Source: Candidatus Magasanikiibacteriota bacterium
Lineage (GTDB): Bacteria; Patescibacteriota; Patescibacteriia; Magasanikbacterales; GWA2-37-8
Assembly: GCA_943359595.1 (NCBI GenBank)
Contig: CALRIA010000005.1
Coordinates: 1 to 36,643, forward strand
Direction of reading: 5' to 3'
Length of the DNA: 36,643 nt
Position 1 is the first letter of the stretch; the number at the start of each line of letters is the position of its first letter. The notes under the pieces were generated by a model. That model was not told the origin of the DNA. It saw nothing but the letters and a program-made list of their open reading frames with translations, and did not search any database. A program made the position numbers and the translations under genes. Shown here piece after piece: positions 16,296-26,097 of the stretch.

Positions 16296-17789
16296 ATGTC
16301 AATGAACGAGCCAATAAATCTATTGGAACCACAAGGTTTGGAATTAGACGAACCTAAACCAAAAAAGAAAAAATTATTTTGGCTATTTTTTATTATTATT
16401 GGACTTTTGTCCATTGTCGGTTGCAATACTTACCGCAACTACTCACTTGCAAAATGGTCTGATGATCCAGCCAACTATGATCTGAAGACTTTACAGCCAA
16501 AAAATGTTGGTATTTTACAAACAGTCAAAAATTTTATCTTTCACGCGGACAATGTCCTTGAAGGACAGAAAGACGACCGTATAAATATTTTATTGTTAGG
16601 TATTGGCGGGGCAGGCCATGACGGACCTTATCTAACTGATACCAATATTATACTAAGTATTAAACCTAGTACCAATGAAGTAGCCATGACCTCTATCCCT
16701 CGTGATTTAGGTGTAAATATCGGCAGTCACGGTGTTAGAAAAATAAATTCAGCTGACTCATTTGGTGAAGCGGAAACCGCTGGAGCTGGCGGAGAATATG
16801 CTCGTCAAATTTTTGAAAAAACTTTTGGTATAGATATACCCTATTATGCACGTGTAGATTTTACCGCTTTTCAAGAAATCATCGACGAGGTTGGTGGAGT
16901 AACGGTGAATGTACCACGTTCATTTGTTGATTATGAATTCCCTGGTCCAAATTTTTCTTATCGTACTTTAACTTTTAATGCTGGTGTGCAGGCAATGACT
17001 GGTGATCGCGCATTAGATTTTGCTCGTTCACGTCATGGCAACAATGGAGAAGGTTCAGATTTTTCGCGCTCTCACCGCCAACAGCTGATGATTTCGGCAT
17101 TAAAGGAAAAATTACTTTCTGTTGGCACTTATACCAATCCAATTCGAGTTCAAAGTATCTTACAATCTCTATCCACTCATATTACTACCAACCTCAATTT
17201 TGGTCAGATGATGTATCTAGCCAATCTGGCCAAAGATGCCGATAAAAATATAAAAATGTTAGTGCTGGACAATTCAGAAACTGGATTTTTAAAATCTTAT
17301 ATCGCTGATAGTGGCGCCTATATTTTGGCCCCCCGCACCAATAACTTTGATAATATCAATTTGGCTATCCAAAATGTCTTTGATAACAACCAAGTCAAAA
17401 TTGTCCAGAATTTGTCTACTGAAAATAAATCTATTTTCCCAACCGGAAAAATTCAAATCTTAAATGGAACTTGGCGAGCTGGTCTAGCGGCTAAATATCA
17501 ACAAGATTTACAGGAGAAGGGTTTTTCGACCTTACCAGCGGCCAACAGCCCAAAACGTCCAATTGATGCGACTACTATATATATAGTAAATCCAAAACTT
17601 TCCAACGATATAGTGCTAGCAATACAAAAAGAAATTACCGCCAAGGTGGAAAAGGGCTTGCCAGAATGGATAAAAAATGGTAGTACTAACGTAAATTCTA
17701 GCACTGAACAGTCCAATCCAAATTTAAAATTTAATACAGAAGCCGATATACTGATTATATTAGGGTCGGACTTAAGTGATAATAAATAA
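16296..17789 (+). CDS. LCP (LytR-CpsA-Psr) family protein with LytR C-terminal domain
   Basis: N-terminal TM, INILLLGIGG, LTDT, SIPRDL, KINSA, ALDFARSRH, SDFSRSHRQQ; C-terminal IQILNGTWRAGLA...ADILIILGSD. ATG at 16296. Confidence 0.92.
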   Translation: MSMNEPINLLEPQGLELDEPKPKKKKLFWLFFIIIGLLSIVGCNTYRNYSLAKWSDDPANYDLKTLQPKNVGILQTVKNFIFHADNVLEGQKDDRINILLLGIGGAGHDGPYLTDTNIILSIKPSTNEVAMTSIPRDLGVNIGSHGVRKINSADSFGEAETAGAGGEYARQIFEKTFGIDIPYYARVDFTAFQEIIDEVGGVTVNVPRSFVDYEFPGPNFSYRTLTFNAGVQAMTGDRALDFARSRHGNNGEGSDFSRSHRQQLMISALKEKLLSVGTYTNPIRVQSILQSLSTHITTNLNFGQMMYLANLAKDADKNIKMLVLDNSETGFLKSYIADSGAYILAPRTNNFDNINLAIQNVFDNNQVKIVQNLSTENKSIFPTGKIQILNGTWRAGLAAKYQQDLQEKGFSTLPAANSPKRPIDATTIYIVNPKLSNDIVLAIQKEITAKVEKGLPEWIKNGSTNVNSSTEQSNPNLKFNTEADILIILGSDLSDNK

Positions 17790-17793
17790 TAAT

Positions 17794-19164
17794 ATGGCCA
17801 CACTTGCAAAAATAGTTGACCTCGAATTGCCTACCATCGCGTTAGTTGGCCGAGTAAATGTAGGAAAATCTACTCTATTCAATCGCCTCACTGAAAGTGA
17901 CAAAGCGTTGGTTTCAGATATCCCCGGCACTACTCGCACCCGTAATGAAGGCAAGTGTATTTGGCGTGGCCGACATATTCGTATTGTGGATACTGGTGGT
18001 CTGACATTTTCTGATGATGTACCTTTGGAAGAAGATATTATCAAACAAACTGAAGCAGCTCTTAAAGAAGCCGACGTAATTGTGTTTGTTACTGATATCA
18101 AAGATGGTCTGTTACCTCAAGAAAAAGAACTGGCCAAACTTTTATTACAAAAGAAAAAAGATTGTCCAGTAATTTTAGTAGCCAATAAAGCCGACAACCC
18201 AGTAGAGCACTCTCTGAAATATGAACGTGAATGGCTAAAACTTGGTTTTGGACAACCAATCGCTATCTCCGCTCAAAATGGTTCCGGATTGGGAGATCTA
18301 ATGGAACAAATTTTTTCATATTTAAAAAAGACTAAGAAAAAACCTCAATTATTACCAGATATAGAACCTATAAAAGTGGCTTTACTTGGCAAACCAAATG
18401 TGGGTAAATCCTCTCTCTTCAATAAATTAATCGGTGAAGATCGAGTGATTGTCAGCGACATGCCTCATACTACTCGTGAGCCACACGATACTTTGGTGGA
18501 AGTTGATGGTGAACATATTTTGTTTATTGATACCGCCGGTATTCGTCGCAAAGCCAAAGTATCTGGCCTGCTTGAACGTGTAGGCATAGGCAAAAGTATC
18601 GAGATCATGAAGCGCGCTGACATTGTTTTATTTTTACTCGACACTTCCTCTCCAATTACTGACCAAGATCAACAACTCGGTGGTTTGTTGCGTGAAAGTA
18701 CCAAGAGTGTGATTATAGTAGTCAATAAATGGGACTTGAGTGAAGACAACACCGATTCTTTCCGCAACGATGTCAAAGAAAAAATCATGAAATATTTCCC
18801 GCATATCGCCTATGCTCCAATTGCTTTTGTGAGCTCCAAAACTAGCTACCGTATTCACCAACTTTTCCCATTAATCAAACAGGCTTGGGAAGAACGTCAT
18901 ACTGAACTCTCCGAAGAAGTTTGTGAAGAATTTATTCGCCATGTTACCAAAGACCATCTACCATCTCGCGGCAAAGGTGTAAATCATCCAAAGATTTTGG
19001 GCTTCCGCCAAATAAATTTCAACCCTCCAATTTTTGAATTATTTATCAAATACAAAACTTCGCTTAATATTTCTTATGTTCATTATTTAGAAAATCGTTT
19101 GCGTGAACAATACAGTTTTTTTGCCGCACCGATTGTGATTAAACTAACGAAGACCAGAAGATAA
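17794..19164 (+). CDS. der: Ribosome biogenesis GTPase Der (EngA)
   Basis: Two tandem G domains (GRVNVGKS/DTGG/NKAD and GKPNVGKS/DTAG/NKWD) and a KH-like C-terminus (YLENRLRE). Confidence 0.97.
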   Translation: MATLAKIVDLELPTIALVGRVNVGKSTLFNRLTESDKALVSDIPGTTRTRNEGKCIWRGRHIRIVDTGGLTFSDDVPLEEDIIKQTEAALKEADVIVFVTDIKDGLLPQEKELAKLLLQKKKDCPVILVANKADNPVEHSLKYEREWLKLGFGQPIAISAQNGSGLGDLMEQIFSYLKKTKKKPQLLPDIEPIKVALLGKPNVGKSSLFNKLIGEDRVIVSDMPHTTREPHDTLVEVDGEHILFIDTAGIRRKAKVSGLLERVGIGKSIEIMKRADIVLFLLDTSSPITDQDQQLGGLLRESTKSVIIVVNKWDLSEDNTDSFRNDVKEKIMKYFPHIAYAPIAFVSSKTSYRIHQLFPLIKQAWEERHTELSEEVCEEFIRHVTKDHLPSRGKGVNHPKILGFRQINFNPPIFELFIKYKTSLNISYVHYLENRLREQYSFFAAPIVIKLTKTRR

Positions 19165-19181
19165 TTTACCGCTTAGAAATT

Positions 19182-19721
19182 ATGAAATTAATTGTTGGCT
19201 TAGGAAATCCAGGAAAAGAATTTGAAATCACTCGGCACAATGCCGGCTGGTTGACTTTGGATAGATTTACAAAAGCCGAAAATTTATCTTCCAAAAAGTC
19301 TTCAAAATTACAGGCTGAAATTTTTGATTATAAAGTTGGACGCAACAAAGTTGTCTTGGCCAAACCGCAAACTTTCATGAATAACTCTGGAATCTCAGCC
19401 AATATCATGTTAAATTTTTTCCGTCTCACTGCCAAAGATATTGTAGTCGTTCACGACGACAAGGATATTCCGGTTGGAGAAATTCGTGTGCAAACCAATC
19501 GTGGTCCAGCTGGACACAACGGTATTAAATCCATCATCGAGCATATCGGTACCCAAGATTTTACTCGTATTCGTATCGGCGTTGGTCCAATTGAAAAAGA
19601 AAAAATAGAAGAAATCAGTAATTTTGTTTTAAACAAATTTACTAAAGAAGAATTCAAACTTCTGCAAATTGCTATGGACAATGCGGCGATGGAAATAAAA
19701 AGATTGTCAGCGATTGAATAA
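19182..19721 (+). CDS. pth: Peptidyl-tRNA hydrolase
   Basis: LIVGLGNPG..TRHNAG, KPQTFMNNSG, VVHDD, GHNGIKSI, RIRIGVG. Confidence 0.97.
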   Translation: MKLIVGLGNPGKEFEITRHNAGWLTLDRFTKAENLSSKKSSKLQAEIFDYKVGRNKVVLAKPQTFMNNSGISANIMLNFFRLTAKDIVVVHDDKDIPVGEIRVQTNRGPAGHNGIKSIIEHIGTQDFTRIRIGVGPIEKEKIEEISNFVLNKFTKEEFKLLQIAMDNAAMEIKRLSAIE

Positions 19722-19738
19722 TAAAAAAATAAGTTTAT

Positions 19739-19770
19739 AAAAATACCATAAATTATTATGGTATTTTTTT
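19739..19770. terminator. Intrinsic terminator after pth
   Basis: AAAAATACCATAA-atta-TTATGGTATTTTTTT. Confidence 0.6.
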
Positions 19771-19802
19771 ATAAAACAATAAATATGATATAATTATAAC
19801 TT

Positions 19803-20882
19803 ATGAATTATCACGCTTGGCTCGCCCACTTTCCTAAAATAACTTACAAACGTTACTCTGCTTTAAAAACGTATTTTTTTGATTTTAAAAATTTACATGA
19901 TACCGAATTAGATGAATTGCTCAAAGCTGGTTTGGAAGAAAATATCGCCTCAGAATTTTTGACCTGGCGTGATAAAAATCCGATTGAAAAAATTTTAGAA
20001 AATTTGGCCAAAGAAAATATTCAAACTGTGTCGCTAGGTGATGCCGACTACCCTGCTCTACTATCGGAAATTACCGATCCGCCACATACTCTTTTTTATC
20101 GTGGCACTTTGCCCCCAACTGAAATGCCAACACTCGCCGTAGTTGGCACTAGACGGATGACCACTTATGGCAAAATGATCTGTGAAGATTTGGTAATGCC
20201 TCTAGCTCGCCAAGGAGTGCTAATTGTTAGTGGACTAGCACTCGGTATTGATGGTGTTGCACACAGTACAGCGCTTACAGCTAATGGCGTAACGATGGCA
20301 GTATTGGGTTCCGGCATTGACCGTCTATGTGTCTATCCTTATGCCCACAAACAATTATCAGAAAAAATAATCACTGCTGGCGGATCACTTATTTCCGAAT
20401 ATCCGCCCGGATTTTTACCGACTCAATATTCTTTTCCAGCCCGTAATCGCATCGTTGCTGGACTGAGTCTGGGAACATTAGTTATTGAAGCGCCAATCAA
20501 ATCCGGTGCTCTTATCACCGCACGCTGTGCCCTTGATTATAATCGTGAAGTCATGGCTGTACCACATGCGATCATCTCGCCGACTGGTGCCGGACCAAAC
20601 AATCTCATTAAATTCGGCGCCAAGATGATAACTGAACCAAACGATATTTTAGAAGCGCTAAATTTGCAGACTATTAAACAAATAATCCCAACCAATCAAC
20701 CAATCGGCGATAACCAAACTGAAGAAAAAATTCTCAAACATTTAAGCAGAGAATCAAAAAATATTAATCAAATTATTTTAGAAAGTCAACTGAATAGCTC
20801 TACAATTAGTTCCACTTTAATACTAATGGAAATCAAGGGATCAATAAAAAATTTAGGAGGAATGAACTATATAAGAAAATAA
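19803..20882 (+). CDS. dprA: DNA-processing protein DprA
   Basis: YPALLSEITDPP, AVVGTR, IVSGLALGIDGVAH, FPARNRIVAGLS, SGALITA; C-terminal wHTH. Confidence 0.96.
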   Translation: MNYHAWLAHFPKITYKRYSALKTYFFDFKNLHDTELDELLKAGLEENIASEFLTWRDKNPIEKILENLAKENIQTVSLGDADYPALLSEITDPPHTLFYRGTLPPTEMPTLAVVGTRRMTTYGKMICEDLVMPLARQGVLIVSGLALGIDGVAHSTALTANGVTMAVLGSGIDRLCVYPYAHKQLSEKIITAGGSLISEYPPGFLPTQYSFPARNRIVAGLSLGTLVIEAPIKSGALITARCALDYNREVMAVPHAIISPTGAGPNNLIKFGAKMITEPNDILEALNLQTIKQIIPTNQPIGDNQTEEKILKHLSRESKNINQIILESQLNSSTISSTLILMEIKGSIKNLGGMNYIRK

Positions 20883-20893
20883 AAAAATATTTT

Positions 20894-21613
20894 TTATTTC
20901 TTTCTACCAAGCAATTTTTCTAAAAACGTTAGCTTTTCACCAGATTTTAGAGGTGCCAACGAATGAATATTTTCTTTTATTTTTACACTAGAAACTATCG
21001 TAACATTTTCTCCTTGACGACGACCTTGACCAACTTTATTTACCAAAGTTATTTCTACCAATGGACGTTCTTTGCCAATTGCAACCCTCATTTCAAAAGT
21101 GATTTCAGCCAACCTCTGAGCACCAGCTTGCATTTTTTTCATATCCAAAATCCCTCCCATTTCATTTTCTCCACCCAATAAACTTTCGATAAAAAGTTCA
21201 CAGCCAGCTTCGTCTCTAAACTGTCTCATCCCTATATCACGAGTAAAAAGGGATTTTATTTGGTCTTCTTCACCTGTGGCTACCGCTCTAAAAATTTCAT
21301 CCATTTCAACTCTACGAGCTTTGTCCAACCGCTCTTGCCGATCTTGATACTGTTGCTGTCTTACACCACTAGACGCTTTTTGTACCGCCTGCAATGCGGC
21401 TTGTATCTGAGCCACATCAAGTTCAACCACTGTATTTTTTCTTACCATGTTCACTATCGGTGTTTGATCATCATCACTCAAAGGGGCGCCCTGAGGAGCG
21501 CTAGAAACATCAAAAAATCTAACTGGCCCAGAGAGATCATCATCGATCTCATCACCAGTTTTTGACATTTCCCAATTCGCCATATCCCCTTTTCCTTTTT
21601 CTTTTTCTACCAT
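20894..21613 (-). CDS. Hypothetical protein (239 aa)
   Basis: Long ORF filling the dprA-topA gap, with its own extended -10 promoter (TGgTAAAAT, 21649-21641); C-terminal FLEKLLGRKK. Confidence 0.7.
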   Translation of the reverse strand: MVEKEKGKGDMANWEMSKTGDEIDDDLSGPVRFFDVSSAPQGAPLSDDDQTPIVNMVRKNTVVELDVAQIQAALQAVQKASSGVRQQQYQDRQERLDKARRVEMDEIFRAVATGEEDQIKSLFTRDIGMRQFRDEAGCELFIESLLGGENEMGGILDMKKMQAGAQRLAEITFEMRVAIGKERPLVEITLVNKVGQGRRQGENVTIVSSVKIKENIHSLAPLKSGEKLTFLEKLLGRKK

Positions 21614-21640
21614 ATAAAATATATAATAATCTATTCACAA

Positions 21641-21683
21641 ATTTTACCACAAAATTGACATTTTAGTCAAAATCCGCTATCTT
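21641..21683. promoter_or_regulatory. Overlapping divergent promoters (topA and the 239-aa ORF)
   Basis: Plus: TTGACA 21655-21660, 17 nt, TATCTT 21678-21683. Minus: TTGACT 21670-21665, 18 nt, TAAAAT 21646-21641. Confidence 0.6.
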
Positions 21684-21704
21684 AAGGAGGAAAAATAAAA
21701 AAAT

Positions 21705-23759
21705 ATGTCAAAATTAGTTATTGTAGAGTCACCGGCTAAAGCTAAAACAATCAGCAAATTCTTGGGTAAAAGCTTTGTAGTTAAGTCTTCTTTTGGGCAT
21801 GTCCGCGATCTGCCAAAAAGCAAAATGGGGATTGATATCGAACACAATTTTGAACCACAATATATCAACAGTCGAGACAAAAGCAAGGTAATTAAAGAAT
21901 TAAAAGACGCGGCCAAAAAAACTAGTGATATCCTATTCGCTACCGATGAGGATCGAGAAGGAGAAGCTATTTCTTGGCATTTAGCGCAAGTATTGGGTGT
22001 CGATCCAGAAAAAGCCCAACGTATTGCTTTTCATGAAATTACCAAAACCGCCATCGAACATGCTATCGCCAATCCGCGCGCTTTGGATCTAAAGATGGTC
22101 GACGCTCAACAAGCGCGTCGTATTTTGGATAGATTGGTAGGCTATGAATTATCACCATTTTTATGGCGTAAGGTGGCCAAAGGTTTGTCGGCCGGTCGTG
22201 TCCAAAGTGTGGCTATGCGTCTCACCGTCGAACGTGAACGGGAAATTTTAGATTTTAAACCGGAAGAATATTGGACTGTTGAAGGAATTTTTGAAAATAA
22301 AGAAAAAATAAATTTTGAGGCCAAGCTGTCCGCTACTCCAGAAAAAAAATTAGAGAAACTGGATATTAAAAATAAAGAAACGGCTGATAAAATATTCGCC
22401 GACCTTGTCGGTGTTTCTTACACTATCAACGCAGTGGAAAAGAAAAACAGCAAACGCAATCCCCCACCACCATTTACTACTTCATCACTACAGCAAGACG
22501 CCAACAACCGTTTGGGTTTTTCCGCCAAACAAACTATGCGTTTGGCACAACAATTATACGAAGGTGTAGATCTTGGATCCGAAGGTTCCGTAGGTCTGAT
22601 CACTTATATGCGTACTGACGCAGTCAATCTCTCTCAAAAATTTTTAACCGATGCTCACGCTGTTATCGCCGAAGAATTTGGTCAAAAATATAATTTAGAC
22701 AAACCACGTGCCTATACCAACAAAAGTAAAAATGCCCAAGAAGCACACGAAGCCATCCGTCCAACTGAAGCCAAACGTACTCCAGCTATAGTGGAGCCAT
22801 TTTTAGAAAAGAACCAATTCAAATTATACGAACTAATCTGGCGTCGTGCTATGGGCACTCAGATGGCCGCAGCTGACGTTGCATCCACTGGCGCTAATAT
22901 TATCTCCACCAACAATTATATCTTCCGTGCTACCGGTCAAACTATCGTTTTTGATGGTTTCTTAAAATTATATCCAGACAAAGGAAAAGATAACGCTCTT
23001 CCTAATTTAGAAAATGGTGAAAATGTAAACTGCCAAGAAATAAAAACTGAACAACACAGTACCGAACCACCGGCTCGTTACAACGATGCGGCATTGGTAA
23101 AAGCTCTTGAAGAATACGGCATTGGTCGTCCATCTACCTATGCTCCAACCATTGCGACCATCGAAGATCGTGGTTATGTTGAACGTGATGAAAAAAAACG
23201 ACTCAAACCACGCGAAGTCGCTTTTGTGGTTAATGATTTACTAGTAAAACATTTTCCAAATATTGTTGATTTTTCCTTTACTGCTCAGATGGAAGAAAAC
23301 TTTGATGCTATCGCTCGTGGTGAAAAAGAATGGCAGCCAGTGATTGCAGATTTTTATCACCCATTCAAAGAAAATTTAAAAATAAAAGACAAAGAAATTG
23401 CTCAAAAAGAAAAAATTCCTGATGAACCGACCGAGGAAGTTTGTGAAAAATGCGGAAAACCAATGGTCATAAAAAATGGACGCTTTGGTAAATTTATGGC
23501 CTGTACTGGTTATCCAGAATGTAAAACTACCAAAAATATTGACGTCGTTACCGGCGTAAAATGTCCAAAATGTTTAGAGGGTGATTTGGCGGAACGTCGT
23601 AGTAAACGTGGCAAAACATTTTATGGCTGCAACCGTTATCCAAAATGTGATTTTGCAGTTTGGGATAAACCCACCGGAGAAAAATGCGAAAAATGCGGTT
23701 CCTTACTAACCCAGACTTTCAAAGGAGAAATAAAATGTTCCAATAAGGAATGCAAATAA
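21705..23759 (+). CDS. topA: DNA topoisomerase I
   Basis: LVIVESPAKAKTI, ATDEDREGE, SAGRVQS, ITYMRTD (catalytic Tyr), C-terminal C4 zinc ribbons. Confidence 0.98.
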   Translation: MSKLVIVESPAKAKTISKFLGKSFVVKSSFGHVRDLPKSKMGIDIEHNFEPQYINSRDKSKVIKELKDAAKKTSDILFATDEDREGEAISWHLAQVLGVDPEKAQRIAFHEITKTAIEHAIANPRALDLKMVDAQQARRILDRLVGYELSPFLWRKVAKGLSAGRVQSVAMRLTVEREREILDFKPEEYWTVEGIFENKEKINFEAKLSATPEKKLEKLDIKNKETADKIFADLVGVSYTINAVEKKNSKRNPPPPFTTSSLQQDANNRLGFSAKQTMRLAQQLYEGVDLGSEGSVGLITYMRTDAVNLSQKFLTDAHAVIAEEFGQKYNLDKPRAYTNKSKNAQEAHEAIRPTEAKRTPAIVEPFLEKNQFKLYELIWRRAMGTQMAAADVASTGANIISTNNYIFRATGQTIVFDGFLKLYPDKGKDNALPNLENGENVNCQEIKTEQHSTEPPARYNDAALVKALEEYGIGRPSTYAPTIATIEDRGYVERDEKKRLKPREVAFVVNDLLVKHFPNIVDFSFTAQMEENFDAIARGEKEWQPVIADFYHPFKENLKIKDKEIAQKEKIPDEPTEEVCEKCGKPMVIKNGRFGKFMACTGYPECKTTKNIDVVTGVKCPKCLEGDLAERRSKRGKTFYGCNRYPKCDFAVWDKPTGEKCEKCGSLLTQTFKGEIKCSNKECK

Positions 23760-23760
23760 T

Positions 23761-24243
23761 ATGGAGGAGGATTGGAAATTAAAAATTGATTCCACCAAAA
23801 ATCAACGTATCATTGGCGTAATAATTTTTTATTTTCTAATTACTTTTATCATCTCGCGATTAATGGTTTATCTAGTTATTGGTAAATGGCTACCAAACTT
23901 TTTTCTTAATATTCGCGGAGTACATATTCACCACTTTACTTATGGTGTATTTATATTAGTTTTGATTGGTTTTTATCTGATTATGCGTCGACCAGAAGCT
24001 GAATCAGAAATTTTTAAAATCTGCACTGCTTTCTACGGTATCGGACTTGGCCTAACTTTCGATGAATTTGGTATGTGGGTAAGGCTAGCTGACGAATATT
24101 GGCTACGTCAAAGCTATGACGCGGTGATAGTTATACTATTATTACTACTAAATATTGCTTATTATCGCCAAGTGTTCCATGGCGTTCGTGAAGTTGGCAA
24201 ACTGTTTAAAAAAATCTTTCTTCGATTGTTTTCCATGACCTGA
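23761..24243 (+). CDS. Conserved-looking integral membrane protein
   Basis: Four hydrophobic segments; GVHIHHFTYG and YGIGLGLTFDEFGMW motifs. Confidence 0.8.
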   Translation: MEEDWKLKIDSTKNQRIIGVIIFYFLITFIISRLMVYLVIGKWLPNFFLNIRGVHIHHFTYGVFILVLIGFYLIMRRPEAESEIFKICTAFYGIGLGLTFDEFGMWVRLADEYWLRQSYDAVIVILLLLLNIAYYRQVFHGVREVGKLFKKIFLRLFSMT

Positions 24244-24246
24244 CAG

Positions 24247-24275
24247 TTGACAAACCTTATATTTTAAGCTATTGT
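24247..24275 (+). promoter_or_regulatory. rplA promoter
   Basis: TTGACA (24247-24252), 17 nt, TATTGT (24270-24275). Confidence 0.7.
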
Positions 24276-24289
24276 TAGAGTATATTAAC

Positions 24290-24324
24290 GGTGGGATCTC
24301 GACCACTCGAGAGTTTGTACCACT
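24290..24324 (+). promoter_or_regulatory. Putative L1-binding autoregulatory leader (23S rRNA mimic)
   Basis: GGUGG-GAU-CUCGA-ccac-UCGAG-AGUUUGUA-CCACU: two stems around an asymmetric loop, resembling the GGUGGGAG...UACCACC L1 site of 23S rRNA. Confidence 0.65.
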
Positions 24325-24351
24325 AAAATCGCAATTGCGATTAAAAAAAAT

Positions 24352-25038
24352 ATGATTAAATTAACAAAACGCATGGCTGCAATTTCAGCCAAAATAGACA
24401 AGAATAAGGTCTATTCCCTAGACGAGGCAATTGCGCTAATCAAAGAAACTTCTGGTGTAAAATTTGACGCCAGTGTCGAAATCCATGCTCATTTAGGTAT
24501 TGATCCAAAAAAAGGCGACCAATTGATTCGTGCCACTGTAGTTTTACCACACGGTATTGGCAAAACCAAAAAAGTAGCTGTTTTTGTTTCCAGTGAAAAA
24601 GAAAAAGAAGCCAAAGAATCCGGTGCTGATGTAATCTATACTGAAGAAGGAATCAAAAAAATCAAAGATACTGGTAAAATTGATTTTGAAGTAGCTGTTA
24701 CCACACCAGATATGATGCCTAAATTGGCCGCTATAGCTAAAGTACTTGGTCCAAAAGGTTTGATGCCTAGTCCAAAAACTGAAACCGTCGGACCAAACAT
24801 CAAAAAAATGGTAGAAGAATTAAAAAGAGGTAAAGTCACTTTTAAAAATGATGACACTGCTAATATCCATCAGATTGTAGGAAAAGTGAGTTTCGATGAC
24901 GCTAAATTAAAAGAAAATTTATCGGCTTTTCTAGAAGCCTTAAAAAAATCACGACCGACAACAATCAAAGGATCATTCATAAAAAACTTAGTCCTTTGTT
25001 CTACGATGGGGCCGTCAATAAGAATCAACGAGAACTAA
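24352..25038 (+). CDS. rplA: 50S ribosomal protein L1
   Basis: [32 protein letters not shown]. Confidence 0.97.
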   Translation: MIKLTKRMAAISAKIDKNKVYSLDEAIALIKETSGVKFDASVEIHAHLGIDPKKGDQLIRATVVLPHGIGKTKKVAVFVSSEKEKEAKESGADVIYTEEGIKKIKDTGKIDFEVAVTTPDMMPKLAAIAKVLGPKGLMPSPKTETVGPNIKKMVEELKRGKVTFKNDDTANIHQIVGKVSFDDAKLKENLSAFLEALKKSRPTTIKGSFIKNLVLCSTMGPSIRINEN

Positions 25039-25042
25039 ACTT

Positions 25043-25075
25043 AACACCCCTCATTATTGAGGGGTGTTTTTTTTA
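25043..25075 (+). terminator. rplA intrinsic terminator
   Basis: AACACCCCTCA-ttat-TGAGGGGTGTT followed by a T-run. Confidence 0.8.
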
Positions 25076-25083
25076 AAAAATTT

Positions 25084-26097
25084 ATGCTGATTTTTGCAAC
25101 TGTTGGCCACACTACACTTGCCGAAGACCAAATTAGAAAAATTGTATTAGCTGGTGCTGATGTAATTAGATATAATTTTGCTTATCGAAATATAAGTGAA
25201 AATATTGAATTGGTATGTACGGCTCAAAGAATAATCGAAGAATTAAATTCCTCAGCGCAAATTTTAATAGACTTTCCTCTAAACAAAATTCGTCTAGGAG
25301 ATTTTGATATAAAAATTTTTGCAGTAAGAGAAAATCAAGAATTAATTCTAAAGTCCGCGCCTTTCTCGCCAAATTGTTATGAATATATCCCGGTCGACAC
25401 TCAATTACTGGGACAAAAAGTATACGTTGATCAAACTATAACCATTGGGGATGGTGAAATATCGATGCAAGTGATTGAAATTTTAAATACCGACACCATT
25501 AAAGTAAAGATTTTAAATAATGGAGTAATAAATTACATCAAAACATTCAATTGCAAATATCGAATTTCTGAAGAAGTTATCTTAAAATTATACGACGAAA
25601 CGCTAGAAAAAATTAGTATGATCGGGCCTGACAAAATTGCCATATCTTTTATTAATTTTGAAACTAATGAAAAAATAAAACAATTAATTTTATCGAAAAA
25701 CATACAACCAAAAGTAATTATTAAAATTGAATACGGAATAAATGAAAGTGAACTAGAAAAAATTTGTTTAGATAATTTCTACAACGCTATTCTGATTGAT
25801 CGAGGTGAACTAGGAGTAAATGAACCGTTTGAAAAATTAGGTTATTATCAAGATTTAATCATCAAAACCGCCAAAAAATTCAATAAACGAATAATAGTAT
25901 CGACCCAAATTTTGGAAAGTACGATTTATAATTATATACCGTCACGCTCAGATATCAATGATTTAACTGAAATTATTCGCTCTGGAGTTGATGGAATAAT
26001 GTTTTGTATGGAAACATCTTCCTCCATACGGCCAGCTTATCCCATTTCAGTTGCAAAAAAAATTATTTTGGAAATACAGAGTCATAAAAAAATATGA
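25084..26097 (+). CDS. Divergent pyruvate kinase-like protein (A barrel + B domain; no C-terminal allosteric domain)
   Basis: IFATVG, GADVIRYNF, IIKIE, IDRGELGV, IVSTQILES, PSRSDINDL..GVDGIMF..ET map onto PK motifs. ATG 25084, because the TTG at 25057 lies in the terminator. Confidence 0.85.
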   Translation: MLIFATVGHTTLAEDQIRKIVLAGADVIRYNFAYRNISENIELVCTAQRIIEELNSSAQILIDFPLNKIRLGDFDIKIFAVRENQELILKSAPFSPNCYEYIPVDTQLLGQKVYVDQTITIGDGEISMQVIEILNTDTIKVKILNNGVINYIKTFNCKYRISEEVILKLYDETLEKISMIGPDKIAISFINFETNEKIKQLILSKNIQPKVIIKIEYGINESELEKICLDNFYNAILIDRGELGVNEPFEKLGYYQDLIIKTAKKFNKRIIVSTQILESTIYNYIPSRSDINDLTEIIRSGVDGIMFCMETSSSIRPAYPISVAKKIILEIQSHKKI

